A stretch of DNA of 62,685 nt, counting the filler, from Chiloscyllium plagiosum (lineage: Eukaryota): assembly GCF_004010195.1 (NCBI RefSeq). It is 5 parts of one record of this genome, joined end to end, with 100 filler letters (N's around TTAATTAATTAA, not from the genome) between each part and the next. Parts side by side here need not be neighbours in the genome. Positions count along the whole stretch, not along the records: positions 35,480 to 50,437 come from NC_057711.1; 4 more parts are not named here. One strand, written 5' to 3'. Shown here one piece after another: positions 36,165-47,971 of this stretch. A program made the position numbers and the translations under genes. Under the pieces are notes generated by a model. That model saw only the letters and a list, made by a program, of their open reading frames with translations, searched no databases and was not told where the DNA came from. How positions within the stretch are numbered: position 1 is the first letter of the stretch; every line of letters begins with the position of its first letter.

Positions 36165-39100
36165 CAAAGATTTTTCATGCCCTCTCATAGCCCTCCTAAT
36201 CCCTTTCTTCAGCTCCCTCCTGGCTATCCTGTATCCCTCCAACGCTCTGTCCGAACCTCGTTTCCTCCAACCTTCTGTAAGCCTCCTTACAAGACATTCA
36301 ACCTCCCTCGTCAACCAAGGTTCCTCACACGACCATCTCTTTCCTGCCTGACAGGTACATACATATCAAGGACATGTCGTATCTGTTCCTTGAAAAAGTT
36401 CCACATTTCAATGACATCCTTCCCTGACAGCCTATGCTCTCAATTTATGCTCCTCAGATCCTGTCTTGCAGCATCGTATTTGCCCTTCCCCCAATTGTAA
36501 AACCGCCCTGTTGCACGCACCTATCTCTCTCCATAACCAAGGTGAAAATCACAGAATTGTGGTCACCATCACCAAAATGCTCACACGCTAACAAGCCCAT
36601 CACTTGTCCTGGTTCGTTACAGAGTACCAAATCCAATATGGCCTCGCCTCTGGTCGGGCAATCTACATACTGAGTTAGAAAAGCTTCCTGGACACACTGC
36701 ACAAACACTGCCCCGTCCAATCTACTTGATCTAAAGAACTTCCTATCAATATTTGGGAAGTTGAAATCGCCCATGACTACTACCTTGTGGCTCTTGTACC
36801 TTTCCAAAATCTGTTTCCCAATCTGTTTCTCCACATCTCTGCTGCTATTTGGGGGCCTATAGTAAACATTCAATAAGGTGACTGCTCCTTTCCTATTTCT
36901 GACTTCAGCCCATACTACCTCCAAAGGCAGATCCCCCTCGAACTGCCTTTCTGCAGCCGTTGTACCATTTCTAATTAGCAACGCCACCCCCTCCATTTTT
37001 ACCCCCCCCCCCNNNNNNNNNNNNNNNNNNNNNNNNNNNNNNNNNNNNNNNNNNNNNNNNNNNNNNNNNNNNNNNNNNNNNNNNNNNNNNNNNNNNNNNN
37101 NNNNNNNNNNNNNNNNNNNNNNNNNNNNNNNNNNNNNNNNNNNNNNNNNNNNNNNNNNNNNNNNNGCAACAACCCAGAGATGATGACTCTGTCCGTCCTA
37201 GCTTTTAGCTTCCAGCCTAACTCCGAGCTCCTGAATGACCTCCCCACCCCTCTTCCTACCTATGTCGTTGGTGCCAATGTGCACCACGACTTCTGGCTGC
37301 ACACCCTCCCCCTTAATGATTCTGAAGACACGGTCTGCGACATCTCGGACCCTGGCACCCGGGAAGCAACAAACCATCCGAGAGTCTCGCCCATGTCCAC
37401 AGAACCACCTGTCTGTCCCTCTAACTATAGAGTCTCTTATAACTAGCGCCCTCCTCCTCTCCCCCTTTCCCTTCTGGGCCTCAGAGCGGACATCGTGCCA
37501 GAGACCCGGTCACTGCAGCTTACCCCTGCTCGGCTGTCCGTCATCTCCCCCCCCCCCCCCCCAAACAGTATCCAAAGCAGTATACTTATTGTTGAGGGGA
37601 ACGACCCACAGGGGATCCCTGCACTGCTTGCTTCCTCCCCTTCCCACCACCTCTAACTGTTACCCAGCTACCTCTGTTCTCTGGTGTAACTATGTCCCTG
37701 TAGCTTCTATCTATCACCCTCTGTGTCTCGAATAATCCTCAGTTCATCCAACTCCAGCTCTAGTTCCCTAACGCGGTCTGTGAGGAGCAGGAGCTGGCTG
37801 CACTTCCTGCAGGTGAAGTCGGCAGGAGCATCGCTGGTCACCCCCTACCTCAAACATCCTGCAGGAGGAACATTCCACTGCCTGCGCTGCCATAACTCTA
37901 CACTTAGTCTCCAAAACAAGAACACTAAGTAGTTTACCTGTTCAGCCGACTGAGTCCTTTTTTTTAGGTTAGAGGAGGAGGGAGGGTGGGAGACACTACA
38001 CGTGTAGTGTCACGGGTTCCTTCTCCACTCAAACTTCTTACCTTCTCAGAAGCCTCTGTTGACGACTTCCGTGTTCCCGCTCCTAATTGGGAAAAAAAAC
38101 AGACTGCGAAAAGAAAAACGTTAATTTAAACTGGTCTCCGCTTACCTTCCGGCTCCCCTCTCTGTGTGCCCGCTGTAGCACTGAGGTCGAAGCCTTGGAG
38201 GTACGCGCTTTTAAATCAAACTTCTTACCTTCATGGGACCTGCTCAAGTGTAATCCAGAGCTTTGTGAGAAGCTATGGAAGAGATTGCTGGGCCCCTTGT
38301 TGAGATATTTGTACCATTGACAGCCACTGGTGAGATGCCAGAAGGCTGGAGGTTGGCCAATGTGGTGCCATTATTTAAGGAATGCTGTAAGGAAACGGCA
38401 GGGAATTATAGACCGGTGATCTGATGTCAGTGGTGGGAAAGTTTTTGGAGGGGATTCTGAGAGACAGAATTTTACATGCAATTGGAAAGGCAAGTACTGA
38501 TTAGGAGTAGGCAGTAGGGGTAGGGGTGACTTTATGCATGGGCAATCGTGTCTCACTAATTAGAATACAGAACATTAAAGCACAGTAAGGGCCCTTCGAC
38601 TCTCAATGGTTTCACAGCTCAGCGCAACAATCTGCAGCCCGTCTAACTTACACTATTCCATACTTGTCCATATGCCTATCCAATGACCATATAAATGCCC
38701 TTAAAGTTGGCGAGTCGAGTTTGATCATTCAAAGTTAAGCTAAAGTACCAGATAGGTAATGAGATTTATAGCAATAATCGTCAGTATGTAGTGTATTTGT
38801 TATTATAGTACTAATTATGTTGAAACAGATAAAGATAATTTATTATTAAGAGGTGATTGTCAATTCTTTGCTGAATATAAAGTTCAAAACACACTGAGTG
38901 GCAGACGCAACATTGTTTTTTCAAGAGTGCTGGTTAGATTTTTTGAAGATGGGACAAACCAGAGTGAAAGCAGTGTCAGATGTCATATATATGGACTTTA
39001 GCAAAGCGTTTGACAAGTTCCATATGGTAGACAGGTTAGAAAGTTACATCACATGGGATAGAGAGAGTTAACCAATTGGATACAAAATTAGCTTGAAGGT

Positions 39101-40091
39101 AGAAGACAGATGGTGATGATAGAGGGTTTTGGACTGAATGCCCAAGGATTGGTGCTGCATCCACTGTTTTTTGTCATTTATATAAATGATTTTGATGTGA
39201 ATATAGGAGGCATGGTTAGTAAGTTTGCGGATGATACCAAAATAGGTGGTATAGTGGACAGTGAAGAAGATTATCTCGAGTACAACAGGAGCTTAATCAG
39301 ATGGGCCAGTGGGCTGAGGAGTGGCATATGGAGTTTAATTTAGATGAATGTGAGGTGCTGCACTTCGGAAAAAACAAATCAAAACAGACTTCTACAGTTA
39401 GTAGTAGGCCCTTAGGGAATGTTGACAAACAAGGAGACCTAGGGGTGCAGGTGCCTTGAAAATGGAGCCTGAGGCACACAGGATGGTCAAGAAGGCGTTT
39501 GACTTGCTTGCTTTCATTGGTCAGTGTATTGATTATAAGGAGTTGGGAAGTCATGTTGCGGCTGCACAGGACATTGACCACAATATTCCAAAAGTGGCTT
39601 AACCAATCTGGTCTCTCTCCTACAGGAAAGATGATGTTAAACTTGAAAGGGTTCAGAAAAGATTTACAAAGATGTTGCCAGGTTTGGAGGGTTTGAGCTA
39701 TAGAATAGGCTGAGGCTTTTTTTTTCCCCTGGAGCTTCAGAGGCTGGGGGCATGATATTATAGAGGTTTATAAAATCGTGAGGGGCGTGGATAGGGTGAA
39801 TAGCCAAGGTCGTTTCCCCAGGGTAGGGGAGTCAAAACTAGGGGTCGAAGGTTTAAGATGAAAGGGAGTTAAGTGACCTGAGGGGCAACTTTTTCATGCA
39901 AGTGAGGGTGTGGAACGAGCTGATGGAGGAAGTGATTGAGGCTGGTACAATTACAGAATTTAAAAGACATCTGGAAGTGTATATGAATAGGAAAGGTTTA
40001 GAGGGAAGTGGGTTAAGTGCTGTCAAATGGAACTAGATCAGTTTTAAGATAAATGGTTGGAATGGCCGAGTTGAACTGAAGGGTCTGTTTA

Positions 40092-40299
40092 CAGGTCATT
40101 CCGCAATGATGCGCAGTTCGTCAGTGCGAAGTGGCTATAATTTGATGTTTGTATAATGTGAACTTTCTACTGAACGGGTATAGTGATTTTCTATTAGTGA
40201 TCTTGTGCAGTGCGATTTAAAATAAAAATTTAAACATGGTTTTCCTTAGCGCAACCTTTGCAGAGGGACACAACTATCGTGTTATAGCAGAACAACCTG
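40092..40299. mobile_element. Tc1/mariner-pogo type MITE
   Basis: TA-caggtcattccgc ... gcagaacaacctg-TA, i.e. imperfect TIRs with TA flanks. A similar degenerate element lies at ~47180-47400. Confidence 0.6.
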
Positions 40300-43032
40300 T
40301 ATATGCTGTAGGACTCTGATTCTGTGTTATGTAAAGGAAGAGCTTTGGACAAATCTGAGCTTGTACAGGCAAGAATTTGGCAGGCAGCTGAACAGGAGAT
40401 TTGTAAATTCATGGCTTGAGAGTAAACGATTATATAGCCTCTTCAACAGAAGAAATGGGGAGATTGGTAGTTTTGCAAAAATTATAGTATGTTGTTTCTG
40501 TCAAGGGGTTTCAAAGAATTTCTAAGGGTGGAATACCAATGTTATATACATTGTCTGATTCAGTTTGAGTGAGTAGCTTGGTAGCGGATTAGAACCAAAA
40601 ACAAATATGCCATTTTTCTTATGGAAGATAAGTAAGGTCGTTTGGGTTTTCAGCTCTCAATTGATGCTAGTGTAATCCTAATCCTAATCTGAATAGATAT
40701 TATTGGTAGGCTGTGTAACCACTTAGCCATGTTGATTCACTGCACATTGCTAATATTTCACTCTGGAAGATGGCTTCGACATTGCTAGCAAATGGCTATC
40801 TTCAAATTTTACCATTGAGGTTTAACAGTATAAAAAGAATGCAGTGAAGGAGTATTGATATGTTTCAGCAAAATGTTTACTATAGCAAACTGAACACCAT
40901 TAATTCATAACCTAGTATGAAAAATTCTGTCTTCTCTCCTTCATTTCTCAGACACACCCATGCACATCACTGACCTTCCCCACCAACAATTGTTTATAAA
41001 CTTTCATTTCTCGTCCAGTTTTAGCACTGGCACCTTGTTTTGTGAGCCTAATACTCTCATTAAGATGCCTCTGGTGAGGTATATCATGACCAGTTGTAGG
41101 GAACTTGCTCTGTCACGTTCTTCAAGTGTAGCTTTGTAATTTTTTCCCATTTCTATGCAGCATTCTTCTGAGTGAGAATTGATCATTTGTGACAAATGGT
41201 GGTTTTGCACAGAGAACTTGTGCCCACAAAGAACAATATGAAACTGATTCACTATGCCTTAGGGTTTGTGGAATTAAAACATTTGTACCATAAGTATGAC
41301 CTGAATTCAAATGTATGACCCATAAGAGAAAATATTGTGGGCTGTTGAATTGGCAATATTTCATTTTTAAAGTAGCGTCACCTCCTCCCAAGTTCAGTGG
41401 TGGACTGTGACTTTAAGCTCTTTGAACAGGACGGATCATCTCTGAAATAATGCAGTGATTTGAATTTACCCTTCATGGCTAATTGTGGAAATCTGAAATT
41501 TCCCATTTTTAACATCTAATCTGACATTGTCCTCACAGCCTTCGTTTGAAAGTGCTAGAAAGAGTTTTTCTTTGGGGGAAAAAAAAAACACCCAGTTATT
41601 ATATAAGTAGATAAAACATTAGGAAAGAGGCTTGCAAAGGACTGCAAATTCTTAGGCCAGCTCACCCCCTTTCTAGGCTGGCAGTGTAAAGCTCTCTGTA
41701 GTAGGTGGTGATGGTAGTAGGAATAGGTACAAAGCCTCCTATAATGAGGGCGGTTCCTTCAGGAGGCCAACACCTTGTTCCCCATTTAGCAATTGAAGGG
41801 AACATTTCACCTTGCTTACTGAAATATGTTGCAAATCAGAGCTAATAGTTAACCACCTTCAGACATGTGTAAATAATACCTTTTGTACTGGACACTTGCA
41901 CTATCAACCTACATGGTTTAGATAATCTTGTAACACGTGTAATTCTGGAATAAACCTACATAATTATCATTTACAGTAAAATATTTGGGGTTTAAGCCAA
42001 AGTACAAAGATCATCAGGTTCCCCCTCCCATTATATGAATGCTGGAGGGAATGTGTTCTTACAACACTAGTTCAATAATTCCCAAAATAATTGGATTTGT
42101 TGTTGGAATTTGCAAAGCACAATACCGTGTAGGTAGCTTTTTAGACCCACTTTGCTATCTCCAGTGGTGTGGTGAAATCAATTGGAGATCACTTAACATT
42201 TGCAGATAGGGGCAAGAAATCGCATCCTGTGTAAACACAGCACTAGTGAGAGCACATCATGTACAGCTCCCACCTAAAAATGGGCAACTGCTAAGAAATT
42301 TGGGCTGTTACCCTGGAGGCTTGAATAAGTTCTCCCCTAAATTGAACAGTAGATGCTGTTGAAGGAGGAATGCATTTATGTCAAAGTGAACATGTAGCCA
42401 TTAATTTCCAGCTTTTACGAAATCAGTGCTAATACACCAACAGCAAAACTGAGATAAATCATTTATTCCTGTGATCATCTTTGCTTCCTTGACTCTGAAG
42501 AATGTTAAACTGATGAATGATTATGTGCCAGTAATAGTCTCCATTGCAAATGAATCCAAATCATTCCCAGAAATGTTGAAGCTAGTGTGTGTGTTGTATC
42601 ATGTTTCAATTTTTAAAATTCATTTGTGGAAATTGATGGAGTGTGGTCTATTCTTTCACAGTAATTTGTTTAATCAGTATTAGCAGAAGCTGCAAATAGG
42701 TTGCTGTCATAAACAGTGGAATTTTATAAATTTGGAACTAAATGAAAAATATTAAAGAAGAAAGCAGTTACTTATGTGTTTTGGTAGTAGGAAATATTTT
42801 GGATTATTTGGTGATCTCTTGCTATTTTCTAGTGTGAGGGTGATGGCCTACTATCGCGAGGCTATTAATCCAGAGATACAAGTATTGTTCTGGGTACTTG
42901 GGTTCAAATCCCACCATGGCAGGTGTTAGAACTTGAATAAAATCTGGAATTAAAAGTTTAAGGCCTACTATCGCGAGGCTATTAATCCAGAGATACAAGT
43001 ATTGTTCTGGGTACTTGGGTTCAAATCCCACC

Positions 43033-43066
43033 ATCCTGATGAAGGGCTTTTGCCCGAAACGTCGAT
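43033..43066 (+). ncRNA. Minimal hammerhead ribozyme motif with intact core (family B), sense to the SNX25-like intron
   Basis: ATC-CTGATGA-A-GGGC(TTTT)GCCC-GAAA-CG-TC-GAT, with perfect stem I (ATC/GAT) and stem II. Confidence 0.78.
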
Positions 43067-43161
43067 TTTGCCTGTCCTCGGATGCTGCCTGAATTGCTGT
43101 GCTCTTCCAGCACCACTGATCCAGAATCTGGTTTCCAGCATCTGCAGTCATTGTTTTTACC
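43035..43161 (+). mobile_element. 127-bp PLE-terminus insertion starting at the hammerhead
   Basis: Perfect 14-bp TSD tcaaatcccaccat (43021-43034 and 43162-43175). An uninterrupted copy of the target is present at 42845-42961. Confidence 0.92.
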
Positions 43162-43722
43162 TCAAATCCCACCATGGCAGGTGTTAGAACTTGAATAAAA
43201 TCTGGAATTAAAAGTTTAATGTTGACCATGAAATCATTGATTGTCAGAAAAACCCATTTGGTTCACCTAATATCCTTTTAGGAAAGTAAATTGCCATCTG
43301 AGACCAGACACACCAGAATGTGGTTGAATCTGATTTGCCTTTTGAAATAGCTGAGTAAGTTACTCAGTTGTAACAATTGCTAGAATGTTTTTTAAAAAAA
43401 AAAGAAACTGCATGGAGCGCTCATTGATCTAAGCCCTAAAAAGCCAAGGCAAACACCTCTCTGTCAATTTAAAGTGCTCCTTACTGACACCACTTGCGCC
43501 AAAATTGGAAGGGGTATCTCCGACTAGTTAAGCGACAGCCTGATATAATCATACTCATCGTCATAGCCTACAGACCTTTCATCCAGGCACCACCATCACC
43601 AACAGGACACACCTGGCAGCAGTGCTGGCACTGTGGTATGCAGCCCTGATGTCCTGGGTGTGCTCAACATTGACTCCAGACGCCATGAATCTCATGGTAC
43701 CAGGCCAAACATGGGCAAGGAA

Positions 43723-44044
43723 ATTAGAATTAGAATCCCTATGGTGTGGAAACAGGCCCCTCGGCCCAAGTCCACACTGACCCTCCGGAGAGCAACCCAT
43801 TCCCCTAACCTATATTTACTCCTGACTTAATAATCTACAATATAGGCATTCAGCATGGCCAATTCACCTCACCTGCACATCTTTGGATTGTAGGAGGAAG
43901 CCAGACCACGTGGAGGAAACCTGTGCAGACATGGGGAGAATGTGCAGACTACACACAGGCAGACAGCTGCCCGAGGCTGGGATCAAACCTGGGTCCCTGG
44001 TGCTGAGGGGCATCAGTACTAACCACTGAGCCACCATGCTGCCC
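43723..44044 (-). mobile_element. HE1-type tRNA-derived SINE
   Basis: The reverse complement starts gggcagcatggtggctcagtggttagtact...cccaggtttgatccc (A/B boxes), has a V-SINE-like core (tgcacattctcccc.tgtctgc) and ends in a CR1-like tail. Confidence 0.8.
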
Positions 44045-44494
44045 AGAAATCTTATGATGATTATCACATGCTATTCTCCTTCGGATGTTGAATAATATTT
44101 GTAGGAAGCATTTGAGGATACTAAGGGTGCAGAATGTACTGAGTGGGGATTTTCAGTATCCACCATAGAGTGGCTTGGCAGGATGACTAGTGATTTGAGC
44201 TGATCAAATCCTAAAGGACAGTGATGCACAACGGGGTCTGTGACAGGTAGTGATGGAAGACTGTACTTGACCTGATCCTTGTCAGCCTGCATGTGCTGAT
44301 ATCAGTAAGGGAGATCACTGCACGGTTCTTGTGGAGATGAAGTCATGCCATAACATCAAAAATATCTTGCATTGTTGTTTGGTGTGGTACTATCATAGTG
44401 CTAAATGGGAAAGACTTTGAACAAATAGAGCAACTCCTGTCTAGAAATCGGAGGGTCATCTGCAGCAGAATTGTACTCCAACACATTCTGCTGA

Positions 44495-44998
44495 GGAACA
44501 TTTCAACTCCCTCCTCCCACTCTGCCGAGGATATGCAGATCCTGGGCCACTCCCTCACCACCCGACGCCTGGAGGAAGAACTCCTTACCTTCTGCCTTGG
44601 GACCCTTCAACCCCAGGGCATCAATGTGGACTTCACCAGTTTCCTCATTCCCCTTCCCCCACCTTACCCCAGTTCCAACCTTCTAGCTCAGCACTGCCCT
44701 CGTGACCTGTCCCACCTGTCAATCTTCCTTCCCACCTATCTGCTCCATCCTCCTCTCCGACCTATCACCTTTATCCTCATGTCCATCCACCTATTGCACT
44801 CTCAGCTACCTTCTCCCCAGCCCCACACCCCTCCCATTTATCTCTCCACTCCCCCCAGGGCTCCCAGCCTCATTCCTAATGAAGGCTTCTGGTCCGAAAT
44901 GTCGATCCTCCTGCTCTTTGGGTGCTGCCTGACCTGTGCTTTTCCAGGAACACACTCCCAACTCTGATCTCCAGCATTTGCAGACCTCACTGTTGCCT
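44495..44998 (+). mobile_element. PLE family B 3' fragment with degenerate hammerhead (~44873-44906)
   Basis: Peptide TTRRLEEELLTFCLGTLQPQGINVDFTSF, a pyrimidine-rich spacer, then cctaatgaaggcttctggtccgaaatgtcg. Confidence 0.82.
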
Positions 44999-47971
44999 TG
45001 CAAACGTTGAGTCTCTATATGCTCTCTTCACCACTTACTTTCCTAACTATGTGTCATCAGCAAATTTAGTAACTGTACCAGCTGTGCCTTCATCAAAGTC
45101 GTTTGTATAAATTGTAAACAGTTGAGTCCTCTGAAGTGAGTCCATTTCTGCAGGAGTGGAATTGAAATCTTTTGAGTGCATTGTAAGATATGAAAGTGTT
45201 GATGGACTGGACTGAACTGAACTGAAAGTTTACTCTGTGTACTGCATTTTTGTATTCACCTCTGCAACTGTTATCTATGATACGAGCACCTTTACTGGAA
45301 CGTTCATGAAAATGTTGATCTGAAATGTATCTTGCCTGCTTTCTGTAAGGACTTTAGCACTTACTGAAAAAATCTTGAAAGATTTATGTGGCAGATCAAC
45401 CGCTGTTGACCTTGTCCTGCAAGATTGTTGTATAACAGATTAGGAGAATTATATATCATTTTATAGTGAACTTGTTCAAGTTAAATTCATGGAGCTTTGA
45501 TTACTTGTGTTAGCATACTAAAGGATTTGTGTCTGTCCTGAATCTATAATTCCGCAAACAAAATTTGCTGAAAGCTCAGCAGGTCTGGCAGTATCTGTGG
45601 AAAGAAATAGTCGAAGTAGAGTTCAATGACACAGTTCTTAGTTTTACTAAATTTTCCAAACTTGCCATCAGCTTGATGGAACTCTGTGCTTTGTTACTGA
45701 AATGGCTTCCTAAAATGTAAACCAACTGTGACCAAATGATTGCCTTGCACAAATGTAGTATTGATTATTTTCTCTCGTTCTTTCTGCCTCCCTGTGGGGG
45801 GAAAAAAAAAGTGTTTGGCCATTCTTACTTTTTCCACTGGCACCATTTGTATAGAGTTCTTGTCCTGTATCGAATTCATGCAGTTTTTCTTTTTTATTTC
45901 CTGTTTTATACTATTTATTTACTTCCATCACTGTCTTTTTCTTTATAATTTCATTGCTGAGTAGAGAGCTATCTGCTGCAGATCTGGAAGTTCATTGTAT
46001 AACTCCCGGTCCTTGTTTTCCACTCCACATGTATGCCAAACGTAAAAGCACACTTTGCACTGACCCTTGGGGTCGAATACCAAAGCCTTTGTAAAGCAGG
46101 ACAGTTGTGAGTATTGTTTGTTTCTATTGGTGTTAATTTGAACTAATTCCTTCTAATGCTGTTAGTATTGCCTTGGTGTTTTTCAGTTTAAGTTAATGCC
46201 TTAACTCAAATTAATAAGTGAATTTTTTTTTAAAGAAACAAGTCCCTAAGGAATTTAGAAAATTGCTCTGGCCTAAAACCAATATCTTGTTTTAAAAAAT
46301 TTGTTTTAAGTGTTCCAATGCAAGAGCTCATGTAAACTGAAAGATGGAAAAAGTAGTAAAATCTGGAACTGAAGTATGCACTGTTAAGTCATAGTGACAC
46401 CAAAGGATTTTAAATAAATAGAACAGAAATTTCTGGGGAGGCTCAGCAGGTCTGGCAGCATCTGTGCAGAGAAATCAGTATTAACATTTTGAGTCCAGTG
46501 ACACTTCTTCAGAACTTTGTCAAAGGCTTTTTAACTTCTATTTGCACACTTAAAGTTTAATTTTATAACTTAAAAAAATAAATGTTTGTTAGCATGTTAT
46601 TTATGTTAATGTAACTGGGGATACAACCAAATCAAAACAACCAAAAGGAGTTGATGGCTTTTGACAACTTTAAAAAAAAATTCATTGAAGGGATGTGGCC
46701 TTCTCTGGCTGAGCCAATATTTGTTGCCCATCCCAAATTACCCTTGGGAAGGTGGTGGTGAGCTGACTTCTTGAACCACTGCAGTCCATTTTTGTAGATA
46801 TATCCAGTGTTGTGAAGTCCTTCATATTTTGTGTAGGGAAAGTCCCCAGTTCATTCCAACCATGGGTTATCTGCTCAGCTAGTTGAAATGGCACATACTT
46901 AGCTACAGGAAATTATGAAGTCAACTTTTGTTTGATAAGGCTCTGGAGAAACATCGTGAAGATTTTCACTTTGCTTCTGTGCTTGTCAGGTCCCTCATTT
47001 TTACACAGTCAACATAATGCTCCCTCCTCTACCATTTCCTCCTGTCAATCACTAAATCTTTTAATCTGCTGTATTCTTGTCACCACAGTCTTCCATCTGA
47101 TTTTAAGTTTATTCTTTTCCTTTCCTTCCTGGCAATCCCATTTCCATCACTTGGCTCATTCCATAACAAATGGCCATAGAAATCGTTGTGTCATAATGCA
47201 CGTTTCGTTAAAGTGAATTCGTGGTAACGTGATTGACTAATTTGGGATGCTATTTCTACAGCGCGAACTTTTAAACTGTGTGTTGGCAGTAATGCATTTA
47301 CAGCTCCAACACTTTTAAGCGCTGTTTCTGAAGCGTGATTTTTCTATAACACAGGATTGCACAAGCATGCAACCATTGTGTTATAAAAGAATTGACTATT
47401 TCAATTTCTTGATAGTTACTGTAGTGGATGCTTCCACAGACTTCACTGAGCCCCAATATATTTGTTCCTGATTTTATCCGTCCTTGTTGTTCCACATGTC
47501 CGTCTCAGCATCCACATTTTCATCGTGCTGTAGGAGCTATATAAATGTTCTTGTATTATCTGAAAAAGACTGCTGCAGATAAGTTAGTTCTCTTGTCAAT
47601 AGTAAACAAATTGCATTAAATGCTATTAAAGGAATTTGTTCAGCACATTTTTTGAGATAGCAATTTATAAACATTTTTCTTTTGTATTAAAATATGTTAA
47701 GGTATTTTTCCACAAGTTTGATTAAAAAATCTGTAGTTGTGATTTGCTCTTGGGTCAAGTACAAGAAAAATAAAGTGGGATGAGTTCCAAAATGTTGATT
47801 TTAAAAAAAACAAACTAATGTCATAAGTGCCATGATTGTGATGATAGACAAATTATTTATTGGTTTGTATGCAAATATGTGGGTACAAGTTTTTCCTAAT
47901 CTACATAAGCATGTGGTAGTTCTAGGCACTAGTATACTTCATTTCTTTTTCAAATTATTGCAAATACTATA

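Larger units (their letters stand above)
34565..38229 (-). mobile_element. Full-length-like CR1 LINE spanning gaps
   Basis: Tail (atagaac)n at the left. RT DKSPGPDGIYPR and PGNYRPVSLTS, endonuclease YYRPP and GDFNFP, and ORF1 zinc finger and esterase at 37180-37900. Candidate 5-bp TSD ttcat (34560-34564 and 38230-38234). Confidence 0.9.
34380..40090 (+). mobile_element. Older CR1 ORF2 remnant split by nested insertions (34380-34564 and 38230-40090)
   Basis: The halves rejoin as gtagagaaattcat|gggacctgctcaagtg (VDKSPGPDQV-like). FVIYINDFD...[11 protein letters not shown] lies at 39110-39343, and the 3'UTR extends to ~40090. Confidence 0.8.
42835..43720 (+). mobile_element. Old retroelement 5' region with a tRNA-like head leading into an endonuclease-like remnant
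   Basis: B-box-like gggttcaaatccc, with a downstream remnant RLVKRQPDIIIL resembling the start of a LINE APE domain. Confidence 0.5.

Noticed and set aside
45965..46106. Exon-like segment (pyrimidine tract, AG ... GTGAGT) as SNX25 exon 2
   Set aside because: It has stops in all three frames and no PXA-like peptide.
46931..46951. FDKALEK peptide resembling SNX25 DKALKE
   Set aside because: There is an in-frame stop just upstream, no suitable splice sites and no further similarity.
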